DNA of 10,665 nucleotides from Myxococcota bacterium. GTDB lineage: Bacteria > Myxococcota > SpSt-1050. A program made the position numbers and the translations under genes. Below are positions 6,628 through 10,665 of the stretch, one piece after another; position 1 is the stretch's first letter; every line of letters begins with the position of its first letter. Below the pieces are notes generated by a model that saw only the letters and a program-made list of their open reading frames with translations, was not told where the DNA came from and did not search any database. The stretch lies in the NCBI GenBank assembly GCA_049969675.1, contig JBMFOP010000100.1, positions 1-10,665 on the forward strand, given 5' to 3'.

Positions 6628-9351
6628 ATGGAGATTATCCTGGATAAAAATTATAACCCCGAGGAGATTGAGAAGAAATGGTATGAGTTCTGGATGAAGA
6701 ATGATATCTTCTCTCCTGATAAGAGTGAAGGGAAGAATGGCAGATTCTCTATAGTAATTCCACCGCCGAATGTTACAGGGTCATTACATATGGGGCATGC
6801 ACTCACAGTTACCATAGAAGATATTTTTGTTAGATGGAATCGTATGAGACAGAAGAAGACACTCTGGTTACCCGGGACAGACCACGCCGGAATTGCCACT
6901 CAGATGGTGGTGGAGAGAGAGCTTATGAAGGAAAATCTCACCCGGCACAAACTTGGTAGAGAGGAGTTCTTAAAGAGGGTCTGGGACTGGAAGAATAAAT
7001 ATGGCAACAGGATAATAGAGCAATTGAAACTACTTGGTGCCTCCTGTGACTGGAAACGGCTCAGATTTACCCTTGACGAGCAATTATCAAAGGCGGTATT
7101 GAGGGCGTTTGTCACTCTGTATAATGAAGGGCTCATATATAGAGACTTCAGACTTATAAATTGGTGTCCGAGGTGTCAGACCGCGCTTTCAGATCTGGAG
7201 GTGGATTATGAGGAGAATATCAGAGGTGAGATGTACTCCTTTGCATATCCACTTAAGGATGGAGGAGAGATTGTAGTTGCGACTACCCGACCTGAGACTA
7301 TGCTCGGTGATACAGCAGTAGCAGTACATCCAGAGGATGAGAGATACAGACATCTAATAGGTAAGATGATAAGACATCCTATTATGGGGTATGAATTTCC
7401 GATTATTGCTGATGAGAAACTTGTAGAGATAGGTTTTGGGACCGGTGCAGTCAAGGTGACCCCTGCACACGACTTCAATGACTTTGAGACCGCTAAGAGA
7501 CATAATCTGAAAAGCATTAATTTATTGACTGATGATGGGCATATAAATGAGAATGGTGGAAAGTTTAAGGGGATGACTGTGTTTGAGGCAAGAAATGCCG
7601 TAAAGGAGGAGTTAAGAAGTCTCGGTCTTGAGAGAGGTTCAAAAGGGCATCTGATGTCAATCGGGAGGTGTCAGAGATGTCATGAGATAGTTGAGCCATA
7701 TCTCTCAACACAATGGTTTGTCAGGACCAGGCCATTGGCAGAACCAGCAATTGAGGCAGTTGAAAAAGGAATCGTAAATATTATCCCTGAGAACTGGATA
7801 AAGACATATTATCACTGGATGCGCAACATCAACGACTGGTGTATCTCAAGGCAGCTCTGGTGGGGGCATCAGATCCCGGTTTATTACTGTATGGACTGTT
7901 CAAAGATTCCGCCTGATTATAAGCAGATTCCGTTTGAAGCAAAGCCAATAGTCTCAGAAAGTATATTGAGAGAGTGCCCTCATTGTCACAGTAAAAATAT
8001 CATAAGAGACCCCGATGTGCTGGATACATGGTTCTCGTCGGCGCTCTGGCCATTCTCTACACTTGGCTGGCCAGAAGATACTCCGGACTTGAGAGAATTT
8101 TATCCAACTGATCTGATGGAGACTGGATTTGATATCCTCTTCTTCTGGGTGGCAAGGATGATGATGATGGGGATCCATTTTACAAATCCTTCTGAGCCCC
8201 TTGAGAGGAGGGTCCCATTCAGGACAGTCTATCTACATGCGATGGTTCGGGATGAGAAGGGGCAGAAGATGAGTAAGACAAAGGGGAATGTGATTGACCC
8301 TATTGATGTTACCTCAAAATATGGTGCGGATGCATTGAGATTCACGCTTGCATCTATGGCTGCTCAGGGACACGATGTAAAACTCTCAATGGATAGAGTG
8401 GAGGGGTATAAGCACTTTGGAACAAAGCTTTATAATAGTGCAAGATTTATCCTTATGAATCTCAAAGATTTTGAGAAGATAGACCTCTCTAAATCACTCT
8501 CCGCATATGATAGATATTTCCTCCTGCGGACAAGGATGCTCACTCAATCGGTCAACGAGAGCCTTGAGAATTACAGAATTGATGAGGCCGCAAATGCCAT
8601 CTATCACTTCCTGTGGCACGAATTTTGTGATTGGTATCTTGAACTTTCAAAACCATTTATATATCAGGAAGTTGATAGAGAGAGTAGAGAGGGCACACTC
8701 TCCGCTCTCCTTTACATCCTTGATAATCTATTGAGGCTCCTGCATCCATTTATGCCGTTTATTACAGAAGAGATCTGGCAGAAGATAAGACACTTTACAG
8801 ATGAAAAAAATCTATCTCTCGCCTTGGCGGAGTATCCATACAGGAAGTGGTCGCATGAAGATACTTCAGATGAAGAGAAACAGGCATTGAGAAAGACGGG
8901 CTTTGTTATGGAGATAATCACCTGTTTGAGGAATTTTAGAACCGAACATCAGATAGAGAATTCAAAGAGGTTCAAATTGTTCATAAATGTTGAGCTCAAT
9001 CTGAGTGGGCTTGAGAAGGCAGCCCTTATCAAACTGGCAAATATTGAATCAATTGAAAAGGTAGATTCAAAACCTGAAAAGTCATTTGTAATACCACTTG
9101 TAGAATTTGATTCGGAGCTTTATATTGGTGCAGAAGGACTGATTGACATTGAAAAAGAGAGGGCGAGGCTCAGGAAGGAGCTTATAAAGGCAGAGAAAGA
9201 CATTGACTCAGTTAGTAAGAAGATGTCTGATTATAACTTCCTATCAAAAGCCCCTGCAGATGTAGTTGAGGCGACAAATATCAGATTTGAAGACCTTAAA
9301 AAGAAGATAGAGAGGCTTAATGAACTTATATCCGAGATTGAAAGTCTGTAA
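6628..9351 (+). CDS. valS: Valine--tRNA ligase
   Basis: PPPNVTGSLHMGH (HIGH), DHAGIATQ, ATTRPET, GTGAVKVTPAHD, DWCISRQLWWGH, DVLDTWFSS, KMSKT (KMSKS) and a C-terminal coiled coil. Confidence 0.99.
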   Translation: MEIILDKNYNPEEIEKKWYEFWMKNDIFSPDKSEGKNGRFSIVIPPPNVTGSLHMGHALTVTIEDIFVRWNRMRQKKTLWLPGTDHAGIATQMVVERELMKENLTRHKLGREEFLKRVWDWKNKYGNRIIEQLKLLGASCDWKRLRFTLDEQLSKAVLRAFVTLYNEGLIYRDFRLINWCPRCQTALSDLEVDYEENIRGEMYSFAYPLKDGGEIVVATTRPETMLGDTAVAVHPEDERYRHLIGKMIRHPIMGYEFPIIADEKLVEIGFGTGAVKVTPAHDFNDFETAKRHNLKSINLLTDDGHINENGGKFKGMTVFEARNAVKEELRSLGLERGSKGHLMSIGRCQRCHEIVEPYLSTQWFVRTRPLAEPAIEAVEKGIVNIIPENWIKTYYHWMRNINDWCISRQLWWGHQIPVYYCMDCSKIPPDYKQIPFEAKPIVSESILRECPHCHSKNIIRDPDVLDTWFSSALWPFSTLGWPEDTPDLREFYPTDLMETGFDILFFWVARMMMMGIHFTNPSEPLERRVPFRTVYLHAMVRDEKGQKMSKTKGNVIDPIDVTSKYGADALRFTLASMAAQGHDVKLSMDRVEGYKHFGTKLYNSARFILMNLKDFEKIDLSKSLSAYDRYFLLRTRMLTQSVNESLENYRIDEAANAIYHFLWHEFCDWYLELSKPFIYQEVDRESREGTLSALLYILDNLLRLLHPFMPFITEEIWQKIRHFTDEKNLSLALAEYPYRKWSHEDTSDEEKQALRKTGFVMEIITCLRNFRTEHQIENSKRFKLFINVELNLSGLEKAALIKLANIESIEKVDSKPEKSFVIPLVEFDSELYIGAEGLIDIEKERARLRKELIKAEKDIDSVSKKMSDYNFLSKAPADVVEATNIRFEDLKKKIERLNELISEIESL

Positions 9352-9369
9352 GAGTACAGGAGGTGAGAG

Positions 9370-10203
9370 ATGGATGTTAAGGAGTTGGTAAGAGAGGCTA
9401 TAAGAGAAGATATCCCTGTATGGGATATAACAACAAATTCAATTATCCCAGAGGATATGAAGGGGAAGGCGGTTCTGCTTGCAAAAGAGGATTGCATCAT
9501 CTCAGGGTTAAATGTGTTTTATGCCGTGTTTGAAGAGCTCGGTGGTGTGGATATTGAGTTCAATGCAAATGATGGAGATATGGTTCCGTCAAATACTGAG
9601 GTAGCGCTCTTAAAAGGTAATCTCTCCTCTATACTGAAGGGGGAGAGGACGGCACTCAACTTTATTATGCATCTATCTGGCATAGCCACACTGACCAGGA
9701 AGTTTGTTGATGCAGTAGAAGGGACTGGAGTGAAGATAGTGGATACCAGAAAGACCACGCCCCTTATGAGGTTATTAGAAAAGAAGGCGGTCAGAGATGG
9801 GGGTGGCTTCAATCACAGATCTTCCCTCTCAGATGGAGTCCTCATTAAAGATAATCATATTGCGGTTGCTGGTTCAGTTGCAAAGGCGATAGAGCTTGCA
9901 AAGAGGGGTGTGCATCATCTGATAAAGATAGAGGTAGAGGTGCAGAAATTATTTCAGATAGAGGAGGCTATAGAATCTGGTGCCGATGTAATTATGCTTG
10001 ATAATATGGAGAAAGAGGATATCAGGAGGGCGATAGAGATTGTAAATCACCGTGTGCCGGTGGAGGTCTCTGGTGGAATAAATCTGGAGAATATCAAAGA
10101 CATAGCAAAGTACGGTCCCGATTTTATTTCAATTGGAAAACTCACTCACTCTGCCCGAAGTATAGATATGTCAATTGAAATAATAAAGAAAAAGAAGGAA
10201 TAG
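9370..10203 (+). CDS. nadC: Nicotinate-nucleotide diphosphorylase, carboxylating (quinolinate phosphoribosyltransferase)
   Basis: ERTALN, SGIAT, DTRKTTP, NHR..LSD.VLIKDNH, IEVEV, IMLDN, EVSGGI, ISIGKLTHSA. SD AGGAGGTGA at 9358-9366. Confidence 0.98.
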   Translation: MDVKELVREAIREDIPVWDITTNSIIPEDMKGKAVLLAKEDCIISGLNVFYAVFEELGGVDIEFNANDGDMVPSNTEVALLKGNLSSILKGERTALNFIMHLSGIATLTRKFVDAVEGTGVKIVDTRKTTPLMRLLEKKAVRDGGGFNHRSSLSDGVLIKDNHIAVAGSVAKAIELAKRGVHHLIKIEVEVQKLFQIEEAIESGADVIMLDNMEKEDIRRAIEIVNHRVPVEVSGGINLENIKDIAKYGPDFISIGKLTHSARSIDMSIEIIKKKKE

Positions 10204-10218
10204 AGATGTTATCTCTAT
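10200..10218 (+). terminator. Weak hairpin over the nadC stop, possible terminator
   Basis: ATAGAGAT-GTT-ATCTCTAT, an 8-bp AT-rich stem with no clear U-tract. Confidence 0.3.
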
Positions 10219-10451
10219 CATAATTATCATTTGACAACACTATCAATATAAAGTAATGAGCAATCACATTCAAGTGAGGCGATTACTTAATCAACAATCA
10301 GGAGCCCAGCGATCCAAAATAATCTGCTTTAAAAAGTTAATGTCTTTATAACTTTTTGGACAGACGCGAGGTCTTTTATATTTATCTCATTGAATATTAT
10401 TCATTATTTTTTGAAATTGACATATCTATACCTACATAAAATTTTTTTTAT

Positions 10452-10479
10452 TCAACAATCCACAGTCAACAGTCCACAA
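10452..10479 (+). repeat. Tandem heptamer repeat, 4 copies of TC(A/C)ACA(A/G)
   Basis: TCAACAA TCCACAG TCAACAG TCCACAA read directly from the sequence. Confidence 0.75.
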
Positions 10480-10546
10480 TATAATAATTTCTGGTTGACC
10501 TATCAGTAGTAATATGAGATATCTTATAGAGTTTAGAGGTAGATAG

Positions 10547-10665
10547 ATGAAGAAACTCCCTATTGCAATACAGAGTTTTAAGAAGATCAGGTCTGATGAC
10601 TACATCTACATTGATAAGACTGAGCATATTTACAACCTAACAAAAGAGAATGGATATTATTTTCT
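10547..10665 (+). CDS. AAA-ATPase_like (PF09820-type) protein, 3'-truncated by the window edge
   Basis: SD-like GAGG, then MKKLPIAIQSFKKIRSDDYIYIDKTEHIYNLTKENGYYF. This matches the family N-terminus LPIGIQxF..I...YY(V/I)DKT that precedes the Walker A motif RPRRFGKS. Too short for the ORF track. Confidence 0.85.
   Translation, partial: MKKLPIAIQSFKKIRSDDYIYIDKTEHIYNLTKENGYYF

Noticed and set aside
1270..9812. Short antisense or out-of-frame ORFs inside the large genes (e.g. 3585..3953, 4743..5108, 7206..7517, 9519..9812)
   Set aside because: Shadow ORFs of well-supported genes, with no recognisable motifs.
10417..10442. TTGACA...TAAAAT promoter for the AAA gene
   Set aside because: The spacer is 14 nt, too short for sigma70.
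10400..10480. oriC / DnaA boxes (TCCACA cores in AT-rich DNA)
   Set aside because: The TCCACA-containing 9-mers match TTATCCACA at only 6-7 of 9 positions, are explained by the heptamer repeat, and have no dnaA-type neighbours.
1..10665. CRISPR array, tRNA/rRNA, transposase or integrase
   Set aside because: No regularly spaced repeats, cloverleaf or rRNA motifs, or recombinase ORFs were seen by eye.

Overview
Two compositionally distinct segments. Bases 1-~797 are GC-rich (roughly 55-65% by eye). They hold the 3' part of an unknown, probably secreted protein gene (open from base 2 to 589), a GC-stem terminator, and the start of a second gene that ends at the compositional break. Bases ~798-10665 are AT-rich with AGA/AGG- and ATA-rich codons. 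They carry a co-oriented, mostly housekeeping run: PaaK/F390-synthetase-like AMP-forming ligase, tmk, hisS, TlpA-like thioredoxin, dacB, valS, nadC. A structured AT-rich spacer follows, then the truncated start of an AAA-ATPase_like (PF09820-type) gene. The valS-nadC adjacency and the Tmk P-loop variant suggest a Deltaproteobacteria/Myxococcota-like host (inference). I see no CRISPR array, RNA gene or transposase, and I cannot support a new multi-gene system. Most notable: (i) a near-consensus sigma54 -24/-12 element directly before valS, with a perfect 21-bp palindrome at enhancer distance inside dacB; (ii) the sharp GC break near 797 (HGT boundary or assembly join); (iii) a Tmk lacking the Walker A lysine; (iv) a hairpin- and heptamer-rich spacer plus AAA gene after nadC.
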